Of a stretch of 64,000 nt of DNA, positions 12,270 through 25,649 are shown piece by piece. Within the stretch, counting starts at the first letter, position 1, and every line of letters starts with the position of its first letter. Source of the stretch: Cetorhinus maximus (Eukaryota); assembly GCF_964194155.1 (NCBI RefSeq), contig NC_135891.1, positions 49,538,001 through 49,602,000 of the forward strand, given 5' to 3'. Position numbers and translations under genes: made by a program. Under the pieces are notes generated by a model. That model was not told where the DNA came from. It worked only from the letters and a program-made list of their open reading frames with translations, and ran no database searches.

Positions 12270-13560
12270 ATCAGACAGAAGGTTTCAGGGTGACAGTGCT
12301 GGATGCATTAGGAAAGGAGATCGCCAGGAAGAGACATGCCATGGTTTCACTGGGGCCATGAGGCTCTGAACAACTGGTCTGAGAAGGAAGTGGGAATAGG
12401 TGGCCAGGGAGGTCAAACCACCGGGTCTGACGCAAGGACCAGGCAGCAGTGCCCAAAGTCACCTAATGACTCCACGTGGGCTGGTCAACATGAGTGAGTG
12501 CATCTTCTCATGCACCTCCTATCCACCACACCACCAACCTCTCACACTGCTCAATGCACAATACCCCCATCATTCACCCAACAACACACTCTGGCTCTCC
12601 ATATTTGAGTTGCACACAACATCCAGATACTCCACCCTCACCCTCACCCACCTGCCAATGCTGACAGCCTCACACTCACCTCTCACTGCCTCCAAATACT
12701 TCCAGCTTTAGAGCTATGGAGCACATCATCCAAACAGTGCTACACAATCACTGACATTCTGCCTTCTCTCTTACAGGACAAGGTGGCACACAGTGGAAGA
12801 GGGGAGAGCAGAGCCTTCAGGGGTCAAGGATGCCTGCACCTCATCAGCCCTGTGGAGAAGATGACTCTCAGCTTCATAGTGAGAAATTGAAGATGATGTT
12901 ATTTTCCTGCTTTATGGACTTTCTCAACAACCAACTCGCCTGCATCCTGTTATCTGATATGATGGTCAAGCTGCTGATGATGGGAACACAGGTCTCTTGT
13001 TTTTCTGCTTTGAGATGGCCAAGAACTGCTGCCTGCCCAGCTTGACCAGCCCCAGGAGAAAGAGAGAGCAACAGCACAGCACTGATGATCTGACACTTGC
13101 AGATGCCAGCTCAGAGACGGCACTGCACGTAACTTTGAGGTGAGTTTAGAGTTGGGATCAGCACATGGTGAATCATGCAGCCACAGAGGGCTGCAGCCAG
13201 GCCAGGGGTTAAGGACAGTTCACCTGCCAGCTCAAAGGAAGGCAAAGTTGGGCTTTGCTGCAGAGAACTCAGATAAGGACCTCAATGGGGTGGCATACAG
13301 GAGAACGCTGATGAGCATGCACACCAAAGTGCTGGGTGCACTGGCTGGCCTGTCAGGTAGCCTCCTGTCACTGTCAAGAAGCATAGAGAAGTTCGATTGG
13401 CAGAGGATAACATGCAGAGCTTGCCCTCTCTATAGTCTCTGCTCCATCTCCTTGTCATCCCGCAGGCCCAGGGATACTACCACTGCTACCCCCATACCTG
13501 CTTCAATCTTTGTGTGGGATTGGTCATCTAATTCTCTGTCCTCCTTGTCAGAATGCAGCA
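12270..13560 (+). pseudogene. Old Harbinger relic: Myb/SANT gene exons on + strand, followed by a probable transposase N-terminus on - strand
   Basis: VLDALGKEIARKRHAM...LRRKWE*VAREVK...RTRQQC. Exon-2 acceptor ctctcttacag|GACAAGGTGGCACAC at 12776. Later LELGSAHGES...LMSMHTKVLGALAGL. Minus MGVAVVVSLGLRDDKEMEQR at ~13495-13436. Confidence 0.65.
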
Positions 13561-15234
13561 ACTCTCCCTGTCAAATCCAGGAACTCATGACAACACCTCC
13601 AAAAACACTCGAGTATTTCCTGATACTTTGCCATGGCAGGTCTTTGTAAAAAAATTACCTTACCGCTGATCAGGTGCTTCGGTCTTTAAATAATGCTAGA
13701 GCTGTTTCCATCTTGCAGCTCAACACTAGGTCATTGTAGAATTATGTGCAAGTTCATCGTCTGAACCTGCGTGATCCAAGTAAGGCATTTGGATGTCACA
13801 TCAGTTGATAGGACTGTGTGACATCATGATAATGCTCCTTCTGAGACTTCTGGAGCATGCTGGGGACACCCGCACGGTCGCCCTTCTCAAGAGGAAGTGC
13901 CTTGCAGCTCTCCAGGGCACCATGGAGATGAATTTTGTGCCTTTTATGTCCTTAGTTTTTGTTGTGCCAAATTCTGGAAGATATTACCTGGGTGGGAACA
14001 GCCTCAATGAAATGTGTTTCAAGATTTGTGCAAACACTGGGAAAGATAGCCGCTGACTTCCGTGAAACATGAGCATTGAATTATTTTTAAATTATTCAGT
14101 CTTGACAATGAAAGTGTTCAGCATCATCCATCGGTTTCTAATTTAATGGGGGGGATATTGTGTTTTCAAATTTAATTATTTCTTCAAAGCACATGGGCTG
14201 ATAAAGACTTCTCAAAAGAACAAACAAAAACAAGTCAATGCAGTTTGTTTTGATGATGACAATTTTCACCACCTTCCGCAGAAGACAAACTTTGATTTCA
14301 GCAATTTCATATCAGAAGCAAAATGGATGCTTTGGAGTTTCATTTAAAATTGAACTATTAACAGCCCAGAGAAATCAATGTGTCACAGTGAAGACATTAT
14401 ATAGTATATCAGGAAAAACAGGCAGGCACATTAACTATAACTGTACAGATACCAGATTAATGGTTTGCTGTGGTTTTTGGACTGGAAGCGATGATGTTAG
14501 AAGTATGAATCACCTTGTGACAGCTAACCTAATGGAGCCATTTGTTGCAGTATAGTAAATGGAGATTTCAGAGGGACACCTATTAAACAGTAAATCATCT
14601 TTTCTTTCCAAGCTCGCGCTCTGGATTTCCAAAAAAGATTTAATCAAAATATGATTATCCAGCTTTTACCCCATAATGTGGTTACTCTAAATCAAAAGGT
14701 CTGTCAGTCTGGTTTGATTTGCAAAATGGAAGTAAAGACATTTGATGCTTCTAAAAGTCGCAGGAGTAAATGTATCTATAAAACCAGGTATTTTAAAGCA
14801 GATATGTGATCTTTGAAAACAAATTGAACAGTGAAGATTGTTTTCAATCTTCATTCCCTGCATTTTTTCTTCTAAATGGAATACTTTTTAGCATTTCAGT
14901 TCTTCTATATGATGGTTATCATTAATATATATTGCAGTACAAACTACCGATAGAAGTTTGTTTCTGAAAATGTAATCTGTTCATTCTTTATGTGCAATCC
15001 ATTCATGTCCACGCTATGCAAAATAGCAATTTTTAACAAACATTTGGTCTGAGTTAATGATCTAAGAACTTGAACCTATCAGCTCCATGAAAACATATGT
15101 AAAACGCATCCATTTTTGTCAAGTCTTAACACAGAAACAATCCACTGTCATGAAATAGAGAAAGGATTTTTTTGTTCTTTTACAAGCTATTTCAATCAGT
15201 TTTGCTCCCTGTTTCTTTCACCTCAAAAGACAAT

Positions 15235-15937
15235 AGCCACAAGATTTACTTGAGGGCATGAGGTGGACAGGGGTGAAGGGAATTTCCAGATGGGAAAACC
15301 AAAGTGAAGGTTTCTCAGATGTCCTTCTAAAATCAACAGCAGGGTGACTTTTAATTTTTTTCAGCAAGATTTCCTGCCCATCTGCCAGCCTGATTGTCAA
15401 GCTGGATGCCTGTTGGGTGGGAAAACCTATAGCACCATGCCATAGTCAGGGAGCAGAGGGGAGGGGGAGAATGGGATGAGCGGGGGAGGTATCTAAGGCG
15501 GTGATCGCAGAGTCCAGGAAGGTGGGGAGGGCATGGGGGTGGCCAACCATGGGGTCTGCAAAGAGATGCGCTTGTTGGGCTGGAAGGAACCACTTCTGTT
15601 CTTCCTGCCCACAAACATTGCTGTAAATCCATTTACCTCATGAATGTGGCTCTTCTCACTTTCTTATGCCTGTCAGAAGTTCTGAGTTCTGAGTAATTCA
15701 GCAGATATTATTAAAAAGTAAAAACCATGTTGAAATGGAGGCGTGCAGCCTCCTTAAAAAGATTCCAGTGACTGATTCTCCTCCTGATACCAGATTAGTC
15801 ACCCAAACACATCCCACCTCTTAAAACTGGAAGTGGGCAGTTTGGAGGCAGGCTGAGGTGGTGTTTGAAATTTAACATTTTTGCTTCTCATCTGAATCAA
15901 ACTCACTTGGGAGTTCTTGGGAGTTAAATTATTCCCA
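15235..15937. mobile_element. Degenerate Harbinger-type MITE
   Basis: GC-rich island. Right part (ggaagtgggcag...ttaaattattccc) resembles the reverse complement of the termini at 25150 and 53075. No clean TSD. Confidence 0.4.
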
Positions 15938-17562
15938 TTGATTCCTTGGCTCCATGCCAGTTTTTATGCTGCCTTGTCCAAGTGACTACTACGTGAGCTT
16001 TGAAGTTGTATGTGGGCAGGCTGTTTAACTCGTTAGGGCATAATCATTGAGCTCTCACCCTGCGCTCACCTGATAACCACATATATACATTTCAAGTCAG
16101 AATTGTTGAATACCAATTTGGATTGGGAACTTTTTTTTTTCTCCCCCCCTTGATCCTACCAGATGGACTAATGGCAGTTTTGGTTTTCCTTCTGCAAATC
16201 CACCAGGTGTCTCACAGACCCAGGAGAGAACCTTTGTCCTTTCTAACCTCCTTGGCTCATCTTTTCAGTGCATAAACAAACATAAGCCATCGGGGGTCAA
16301 AAAAAGATCATTTGAATTCTTCCCATCTTTGTTTTCTTGCCTTGTTCATGATTCTAAGAGCTTGAAAATCTTTTGTTCAGGAATTGTATTTTCACTCTCA
16401 TTTCCTGAAATTGTTTACTATGTCTGAGCTATGGTTTCACAGGTGCAGCTCATTCTCTGTACTTTAATGAATTGGCGACAATTCATGAGCCAAGAAGAAG
16501 TGTTGGCAGCAAATCAACTATGGAAGGCATGATAGCTGATCCAGTCCTGTCCGTACTCAACATCCACACATCTATATTTTATAAAAGGTCTATTCATTTC
16601 AGATATTGAGGGAACTTTTAACTGTTGGGTGCCAACTGGAAGAAAATACTATCTGCCAACCTGTGTCTGGAACAAAGAGGCTGTAGGCATTTAAATAGAA
16701 CTAGTAAGCTGTGGGCACCAAAAGATGTCCTGTTTCATGCTAGACTCAGCTATATCAGGCAGCTCAGATGCTGACTCCTCCGCAGCAAGGTAAATCCTGG
16801 GGAATAGGGGTTTGCAATGACATTAAGGTGGGAAGAATCCTCTGGGGTGAATGAAATTTAAAATATACCTCTTAAACTCAAACACAGCTGACAAACAAAC
16901 ATATCTACAAATTAAAACTACAGGATATCTATGTGTGAACTAAATTTCTGCCACCTTCCTTGAGTGTGTGCCTTATGTAATATTAATACATCAAAACAAG
17001 CTGGACTATTGTCTGAGTCAACCCCATTTTTAATCCCACATGTACCAGGCCTGAAAGAAGGAAACCAATATTTTTTCAAGTTTTAAGACTTTCACTCTAA
17101 CAAAAGCAACAGCTACTAAATAGTAGACAACTGGAACTCTAAATCACAGAAAGGACAACCCTCATTACTGTCTTAACATGACTAATAACCTCATGTCACA
17201 AAAATACACTTTCCAGCACACTGTACACATGATTACTGTCTTTAAGGGACACATCCACAGTCACTCCCAGCTTCCAAGGCGTTCACATCTCCCCATTTCG
17301 ATGAGTCATAACGTCGAGTGACCATCGAAAGGTGCTCCCCTCAGTTTTTGGAGAATCGGCAACCTGGAATAAAGCCTACTCTGGTGATCTCTCCTCCTGG
17401 CTTCTCCAGGGGAAAACTTCCACAGCCTTGAAAGTGCCACAGGATGCATCTCTTTGACCAGAGGCCATTCTCCCTCCCACATTCTGCTTGGTAGTTCACA
17501 GAAAAACAGCACACTCCTCTCTGCTGATCTAGCTCTAGCCTTTTGTTTTTCTGAGAAACCTA

Positions 17563-17600
17563 TCTCTCTTTCTTTCTTTCTCTCTCTCTCTCTCTTTCTG
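17563..17600 (+). repeat. CT-rich microsatellite within a possible solo LTR (~16930-17780)
   Basis: tctctctttctttctttctctctctctctctctttct. Confidence 0.8.
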
Positions 17601-17984
17601 TCCAAAAACTCAGAGACCGAAAGTCTGTCTATTGTCTTTTTATTGTCTATTTATTTTCAGGTATGAACATTTTGCACCTTACTCCTAGTAAGTCCCCATG
17701 GTGATCAAGCCACCCAGATTTGTTATAAGGCAGAATTTGAAGCAGATCATATGACCCTCTTGATTCCTCCATTTTACCTTGAATTAAAGAGACACTCTCA
17801 AAACATGATCATCTTAAGACCTCACTTTAATAACAGATAACAAAAGGGAAAATAAACAACTGTTTAACAAAAGGCAACAAGGCAAATTGATTTTCACTTG
17901 TAACCTTGCACTAATAATTTTATTGTACTCGTTCCAAGTCACAATATTATAAATATCCGCACTGCTCACCATATGGAAAATATC

Positions 17985-18228
17985 AATCACATTATTGTAC
18001 AATAACATCCTAAAGTGCTTCCCACCCAATGATTTACTTTTCAAGTGGAGTCACTTATGATATGGTGGGAAACAAGGCAGATAATTACACACAGTCTCAC
18101 AAATAGTAAACAAGACAAACATCAGCCAGGATGTGTGCATAACTGTCTGTTCTCCTTTCAATAATGCCAGGGGATTTTTTATATCAGTGTAGCAAACAGG
18201 AGAAACCTTGGTTTAATACCTCATCTGA
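17985..18228 (-). mobile_element. Deu-domain-like SINE fragment (may continue at ~19550-19605 after the L2 insertion)
   Basis: Reverse-complement similarity to 52340-52630. Confidence 0.6.
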
Positions 18229-18231
18229 TTT

Positions 18232-19545
18232 CTCTAACTCACCACCAGCTCTCTCAATCCCTCCACTGTATCTAAGTTGAAACACCGCTTGTCCAACATC
18301 CAACGCTGGATGGGCAGGAATTTCCTCCAACTAAATATTGGGAAGTCTGGCAGCATCGTCTTTAGCCACAAACTCTGCTTCCCAGCCATTGACTCCATCC
18401 CGCTCCCTGAAAGCCACTGAGGTTCATCCAGACTGTTCATAATCTTGGTGTTATATTTGACCCCAAGATGAAATTCCGACCGCATATCTACCTATTAACA
18501 GCCTTGTAAGATCACTTTTATCCCTGTCTCAGCACATCAACTGTTGAAACCCTCATTTAAGCCTTTGTTGCCTTTAGACTTGACAACTCCAATGCACTCC
18601 TGGCTGGTCTCACAATTTCCAGACTCCCTAAATTTGAGGTCATCCAAGCTCTGCTGCCTGTATCCTAACTTGAACCAAGTTCCATCACCCACCAGCATGC
18701 GCTTTCTGACGTACATTGGCTCCAGGTTTAGTAACTTCTCAATTGTAAACTCCTTGCATTCAAATCCCTCTATGGCCTCACCCATCCCTACGTCTGTATT
18801 CTCCTCCTGCCCTACAATCCTATGAAATATCTGCACTCCTCCAATCCTGGCCTCTTGAACATTCTTGATTTAATCATTGCACCACATTGGTGGCTGAACC
18901 TTCAGCTGACTAGGCCCTAAACTCTGGAATTCCCTTTGTAAATCTCAACACCTCTCCACCCTCCTTTAAGAAGCTCCATTTTTAAAAAATATTATTGAAA
19001 TATATGGATGTTGCTATCAAGGCCTGCATTTATTGCCCATAACTAATTACCCTTGAGGAGGTCGTGGAAGTCACTTTCTTGAATGCAACTGAGTGACTTG
19101 CTAAGCCATTTGAGAGGTCTGTTAAGAGACAATCACATTGCTGTGGGCCTGGAATCACATATAGGTCAGACTGAATAAGGATGGTAGATTTCCTTCTCTA
19201 AAGGACATTAGTGAACTAGATGTATTTTTATGACAATCTAGTAGTTTCATGGTCACCATTATTGACTAGTTTTTTATACCAAATTTATTTAACTAACTGA
19301 AATTAATTCCCATGATGGTATTTGATCTCAGGTCTCCAGATCATTAGTCCTGGATTACTCAACTTGTCAACATAACTACTATACAGTCCCTTAAAACCTA
19401 CCTCTTTGACCAAACTTTTGGCCATTTGGCCTAATATCGCTTTGTGGTTCAGTGTCAAATTTTGTTCAATAATCGCATCTTTGAAATGTCTTGGGATATT
19501 TTCCTGCTTTAAAGATGCGATATAAGTTATTGTCATTGTTGTTGA
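18232..19545 (+). mobile_element. L2 LINE 3' part, interrupted by a SINE at ~18985-19380
   Basis: LSNIQRWMGRNFLQLNIGK, HNLGVIFDP, aaactctggaattccct, cttaaaacctacctctttgacc and a (ttg)n tail. Confidence 0.85.
18985..19380 (-). mobile_element. SINE sharing its 3' tail with the second-lineage LINE
   Basis: gcatttattgccca...aattacccttgag tail joined to a non-coding body. A second body copy is at ~52672-52880. Confidence 0.65.
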
Positions 19546-21199
19546 TAGACATCACCTTCAACTTCCCTCAATGCTATACTGAAGTGCATGCCTAGTGCTC
19601 AAGTGGTGTGATGATTTATCAGAATAATGTGTTATGTTTTTAAATATAATTGTTAATTGTTTTCCGAACTCAGTAGCTTACACTTGATTCTTTCTTAATT
19701 TTTAATTATGATTAAGGACATGCCTTTTCTGCTGCTGATTTGAAATTTTTTTAAAATAAACTTGAGCTGATGAAAGGTTGTGTTTCAGAGGTTCCAGTGT
19801 TTTATTTTAAAGGCTTTCACTGTTTGTTATGATTTGTAGGTGGTTACCTCTTAATATATAACTAGTATTCAGATAAGTAAAGCATAGTATCATTTAGCTG
19901 AGTAACAACAATGCAACTCAAAAGACTTCTCATCCAGACTATCACTGAAAACCATCATTTTCAATCACTTTTACATTGGTAGTATCATACTAGCAGAATC
20001 AAAAATGGTGGATTCTTTTGCCTTTGTATATGGTTATGGAGGTAAATATTTGCCCTGACACTTCTGCTACTCCTGGCTCCACAGCCAGGCATAATAGCTA
20101 TTTTTTTGTTAGATTTCCCTGAGTGCAATCAGTATTGGTTACTTCAGGGCAAGCAAATTTTGGAAAGGGGACTTCAATCAGGCATTAAACCCTGCATTTG
20201 CACATGCAAAGGGGCTAATGCCTGCATCATGGATGGATAAACGATCTCTTTTGCTTGTCCTTAGCCAACATGGTAGTTAGCACACTTTCACCCCCAAACA
20301 CTAATCCCCTCCCACACCCCCACCACCATTTTGGGGCCTTAGGTGTCCATGAAAAATTGGTGCTGCACAATGCAATTTCTAGATAAAACTGCTCACAACC
20401 TGTTTTTCACAAGCATTGCCAAATGACAGAAGTAGTATCTGCTTTAATATTCATAGTTGTCTGACTTAATTTTTGTTAGTAAACAAGCCTTAAGACCAAA
20501 ACAGTTTATGCCTGGGAGGATATATTAAGGATTCAGTGCACGAGTTGGACTTGTTTCTATTCATTACAGCTTTGGAAGTAAACAGCATTGTACAAGCAAA
20601 GCAAGTGACTATTAAACTAAACATGCACCCTATTTTTAACTACTATCATAATGTGCTTGCATGGCACTTCATGAAAATGATAATTCATTACATGAACAGT
20701 AAAATGAGCCGATGCCAACAACTTTCTTGTTTTATTTAAAACAGACTGCTACTTATCTCTTTCCAAATATTAAAAGAAATTCTAAAGAACCAAAGGCTCC
20801 AATTCTTTTACTGGGTATGAGGGACTGAACAAAACAAAATTGTTGACTCTGTCTCCACCCTACACCTCTTCATAGTCCAATGTCCATTTCTCATTAGCAT
20901 TTGAATTTTGTTTTTCGAGAGTAAACATAAATTTGTATTGCTGGAGAGTCCCAAGTTCAATCTCCACCTATGAAATGAGTTAATGCATTTCAGCCAAGCA
21001 GCGGTTAGGTTGATTTGGCTGGAGATGAGAAGGTGGGGGATGGGTGGTGGTGGTCAGGTTTGACACATTTATGAAAAAAGCAGGCCCAAATATTGTGTAC
21101 AAAGAAGAAAAAATAGAAGGCATCCAAAATTAATTGAAACAAAGTGCCAGTGTATGATTGACTGTAAGAAAAACAATTGAGCAATTGAGATAAATAATA

Positions 21200-21780
21200 T
21201 CAGTAGTTGGGAAAATGCTAAAATCTATTTTTAAGGACACGGTAACAGAACACTCAGAAAATCAACATATAATTAGGCATAGTCAACATGCTTTTACTAA
21301 AATGAAATCATGTTTGTTAAACCTATTAGAGATTTTTGAGGGAGCAACTAGCAGGCTAATTGAGGGGGGACTAGTCAATATAGTGTGTTTGGATTTTCAA
21401 AAGGCATTCAATAAGCCACCACACAATAGGTTCTTACACAAAATTAGAGCTCATGGGAATGGTGGTAATATATTAGTGTGGATTGAGGTTTGGCTGACGG
21501 ACAGAAAATAGAATGTAAAAATAAGCAGGTCATTTTCAGGATGGTAGGGTGTAACTGCTGGAGTACCACAAGGATCAGTGTTTGGGACTCAGCTATTTAC
21601 AATCTATACTAATAACTTAGTTAAGTGGACCGAGTGTAATGTGTTTTCTGATGACACAAAGTTGAGTAGGAAAATAAGCTGTTAGGAGGAGGCAAAATGG
21701 CTGCAAAGGCATATACACAGTTAAGTGATAATGCAAGGTGTCAGATAGAGTATAATATGGGGAAGTGTGAAATTATCTGG
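21200..21780 (+). mobile_element. CR1 LINE RT internal fragment
   Basis: SQHAFTKMKSCLLNLLEIFE...CLDFQKAFNK...GVPQGSVFG...FSDDTK. Confidence 0.92.
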
Positions 21781-22767
21781 GGTTATCCAATTTAATCCCC
21801 ACTGGGTCATCACATGTGTGTATATTATTAATTATCGTTAATTGATCTTTTTATAATCCATTATCAGATGAATGTCCATTACTTTGAGAGATACTACATC
21901 ATGACTCTCCCGATTGCCTCAGTCCCGACACCCTCCAGAATCTCCTGAGGACCGTGATCAGCCTCCTGGACCAAATGGTTTGGGTGTCTCTGTCCCGCAA
22001 TTGGACAGATACCTCTGGGGTCACAAATGGCATCCATAGCTTGCCAAATCTGGCAAACCAATTTGCCAAGCTTTTTGCTGCTGGCCTTATTATGTGCACT
22101 GGGCTTGTGTGCTGATTTGAGTACAGTCCACATTCTATGACAATAAATTTCCAAAGTTCCATGTTTCATTTAGTCTTCTGATTACTTAAACAGTGAGAAA
22201 CTAAGACAGCTCAGAGGTAGCAATGGATTTGGAAATGTATTAAGATTTGCTATAGCAGCACCCAGAAAATGGGCTGCTCTACTTGGAAATTGGTGCCTGT
22301 TCAGGGACAAAACTATCATCTCAGTTGTAGATGTAACAACAGTACAAATACACTGAAAATCTGACTCTTAAATGTGTTTTTAGCTAGATATGAGAATTCA
22401 GGACATGCGATGGTCAAAGTAAAATTGTTTCATGTTAGCTCAAAATGAAATAAATTTCACTGAAACCATTCCAATTCCAAAGGCAACTCCAAAAAGAAGC
22501 ACCAAATGTTTGTAAGAATCCGTCCCTGAATTTGATCATTAGCCAGTTAAGTCAATCTTTATTCCTGCCTCGATGGTCCACGAGCTGATGTGATGGCAGC
22601 AGAGTCTCTTTCGCCATTTGTATAGAATAGACCAAATGAGAAACACAAATCCAGCCAGTCGGCATCTCACTAAAACTTCTCTTCTCTTTCCATAATTAAT
22701 GAATCGCTAATAAAATTGTATTCTCAGAAATAGCAAGTTTCAAAATTGCATTCCTGTAATTTAATTA

Positions 22768-24607
22768 CGGTGAGTCCTCACTTTAAAGTTGCGGTTGCGT
22801 CCCTGAAAATCACGACTTTAAGTGAAACATTGGTTTCCATAGTGATCAATGTTAAAACTGTAGTTAGCTTCTGTAGGACCTTCCTTATCAGGAAAAACAA
22901 ATATTAAAACATTGGGCTGTAACTTTCAACGAGCGTCGGAAAGTGCTGGCCCACAGGAATTAGAAGAAATAAATGCACACATACCTGGTCTTGAAATTTA
23001 CGCTGACCCTTACATTCGCCCGAGCTGCTTGAGGCATCGAAAGACTCCTCGCAGGCCCCAGTGAAGTCCAGCTCCGGCAGATTCAAGGAAGCCATGCCCT
23101 TTTTTTAATGGCACTTGTTGACGTAAAGCAGGTAACTTCAAAGGGCCAGTGAAATTGACAGGCCAGGGAGAAGGTAAGTGACTAAGGTAAGTGGATAGGA
23201 TTTGGAAGGATAGCAGGGGTCTGGGGAATGGGGGGATCCAGAGGGGCCTGGGAGAGTCCGGAGGTGCCTGGCGGGGGTGGAGCGGGAGGGGGAGGAGGAG
23301 GGGGAGGGGTGCCCGGGCGGATTTTGGGAGGGGTGGAGGTGAGGATCGGAGGTCCGGTAGGGTGGGGGTGGAATCAGAGGTCCTAGGGTGTGGGGGATGG
23401 TGGTGAGGGGAGTGGGGGGGGCGGAGGTCTGCGGGGAATTGGGGGGGCAGGGGAGGTCAGAGGCCCATGGGAGGGGGGTACGGTTTGTGGTCGGATGGGT
23501 GGGGGGTTGGTGTTCTGAGGTTGGGGGTGAATTGGGGAGATCAGAGGTGGAGGGGTGGGGGGGATCAGAGCGATCAGAGGTGGAGGGGTGGGGGTGATCA
23601 GAGCTCGGGGGAGGGTTGGTGGGCTCTAAGATTGGGGGTGGGGCCAGTCTACATCTTTACAACAGTTACCCAGAAGTTAGAAGAGCTTTTAATTCATCTA
23701 ACTTCTTCTGAGTAACTATTGGTGTGACCCTGGCTCAACCATCTGAAGTTTGCGATTTAAATCACATTTTTAAAAGGTTCCCAGTGCAGGGCAATTGTCC
23801 AGGGGAAGTGTGCACTTCTGGACAATTGGTTCGCAAACCTTTACCTGGGAAGTTCCCAGAGGGATTCCCCACCGCATCTTTAGGGTACCGCCCCTCCCCA
23901 AATCCAAGGCTAGGGAGCTCGGAGGTTACGGCCCATTATATCCTCTAAGTTGAAATATTTTACATTGCTAAGTTTCTACATTTGTAAATAAAATAACTTT
24001 TACAATAAAATAACTTTAAAAACATAAACGAAAAATGTAACTTGCCATCTACAATATCTCCTGCTTGCCACAGACCCTGCTTCCTGAACCTCCCACTTCC
24101 CGATCCTCCTGGTCACTACAGATCCTTCCCTTCCCCGACTTCTGAGTTGTGGCCTCCCCAACCCACTATCTGCCGAACCACCCACTCCCTGACTCATCCT
24201 CTCACCACTTCCCTCTTCTGAAACCCATGTTCCCACTGAAGATCCAGAACCGATCCGATCAGATCAGAAACCCGATCTCTGATGTTGTGGAAGCGCAAGT
24301 CCCAATGATGCAGGAGTGCTGAAATGGGGTGGGGGGTCTCAGGAGAAGAGTGGCGAGTGAGAGCATTTAAATACACTTAGATTGTAGCAGCCTTAGCACA
24401 GCACTTCTGCACCATTGGGCCTCACACTTCCAAAACATCGGAGCTCCAGCTTCAGATCGGATCTGGATCTTCAATGGGAACACAGGTTTCCCCAATCGGG
24501 ACACATGGGAAACGATGTTAAAACAAGCCTCGTAAGGCTCAACAAGATTACAGGCCCCATTAACTCGTCAACATTAATGCGAAGCAACACTAAATGAGGG
24601 CTTGCTG
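22768..24607. mobile_element. pogo/Tigger-like (Tc1/mariner) non-autonomous element
   Basis: Left end cggtgagtcctcacttta vs reverse complement of right end cagcaagccctcattta. TA on both flanks. Confidence 0.7.
22914..23934. mobile_element. Harbinger-type MITE nested in the pogo-like element
   Basis: TIR gggctgtaactttc / ggaggttacggccc. TSD ATT on both sides. G-rich core at 23190-23643. Confidence 0.88.
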
Positions 24608-25649
24608 TATAGGAACGTGATTATAAGTATTTTTCTGTTAGAAGAAAATATAATTTTGCCAGTTTCTTCAAGTCTGGCTATTGTCTTTGATTATACTTCT
24701 AAGTGTGAAAATGCAATCTGTAGTTAAGATTACAGCTCTGAACTTATATTACACAGATATGGTCTTTAGTCTTGTTCCAGTATGGTTTCCTGTTTATTTA
24801 TTAAATGTCCCTCCAATCCAACGCAGCATACTATTTCTCTGGGAAAATTTCTTTGATTATGCATCTCAAAGTACCTCAGCTACAGAATGAATGGAATATT
24901 GCATAAAAGGAAACAGCAGCGAGCATTGAAGCTTATGGCCTGGCTGCAAAAAAATAAGACATTTACAATAGAATTACTTTTTTTCTTTTTCAAGAATGCA
25001 ACTGAAGATCTGCTTTTCTCATGCATATTTCTTAGAGTCGACCTTTGAATATTTTGCAACTATAATACACACAATCTAATCCATTGGAGCTGCACAGGGA
25101 GAATTTATAGGACATATTTTTCTTTACTACTAAGTATCAAGAAGTTATAAGGCACAATTTTAACTGCCAAAGGGGTCAGTTGGTGGGGCTGCATCCAAGT
25201 GCAAGTTGGGGGGGGCAGGGGTTTAAATGCCTGAAAAATTCCAGTATGTCGGAAATCTGAAATGCCCACTTCCAAGTTTCATTGGGACTGTTTGGTGACA
25301 AGCTGCAAACTCTCATGGAACTGTCAGGTCAGTCATTTAAATATTTAAATAATCAATTACTTGAGCCTTTAACACTGAATTCTGGCTTTAACACAGGTTT
25401 CTGAGCTATGTGGAACTTGTCAGAGCCAACAAGGCAAGAGCACAACAGGGACTCATTGATTAATGAAACTGACAGGCTGGAAAGTCAATTCACAGTGAAA
25501 CTGCATAGCTGCTGCCCTGCCTATAGGAAAGGCCTGCACTCACAGTGTCGGCTCTGAGAATCTGATTTCAATGCTCTGAAGATTCCTGACTTCTTGTAAG
25601 TTATTTCACCCACTTTGGACTTTGCTCACCTTCATTTGATCATCGCTGC

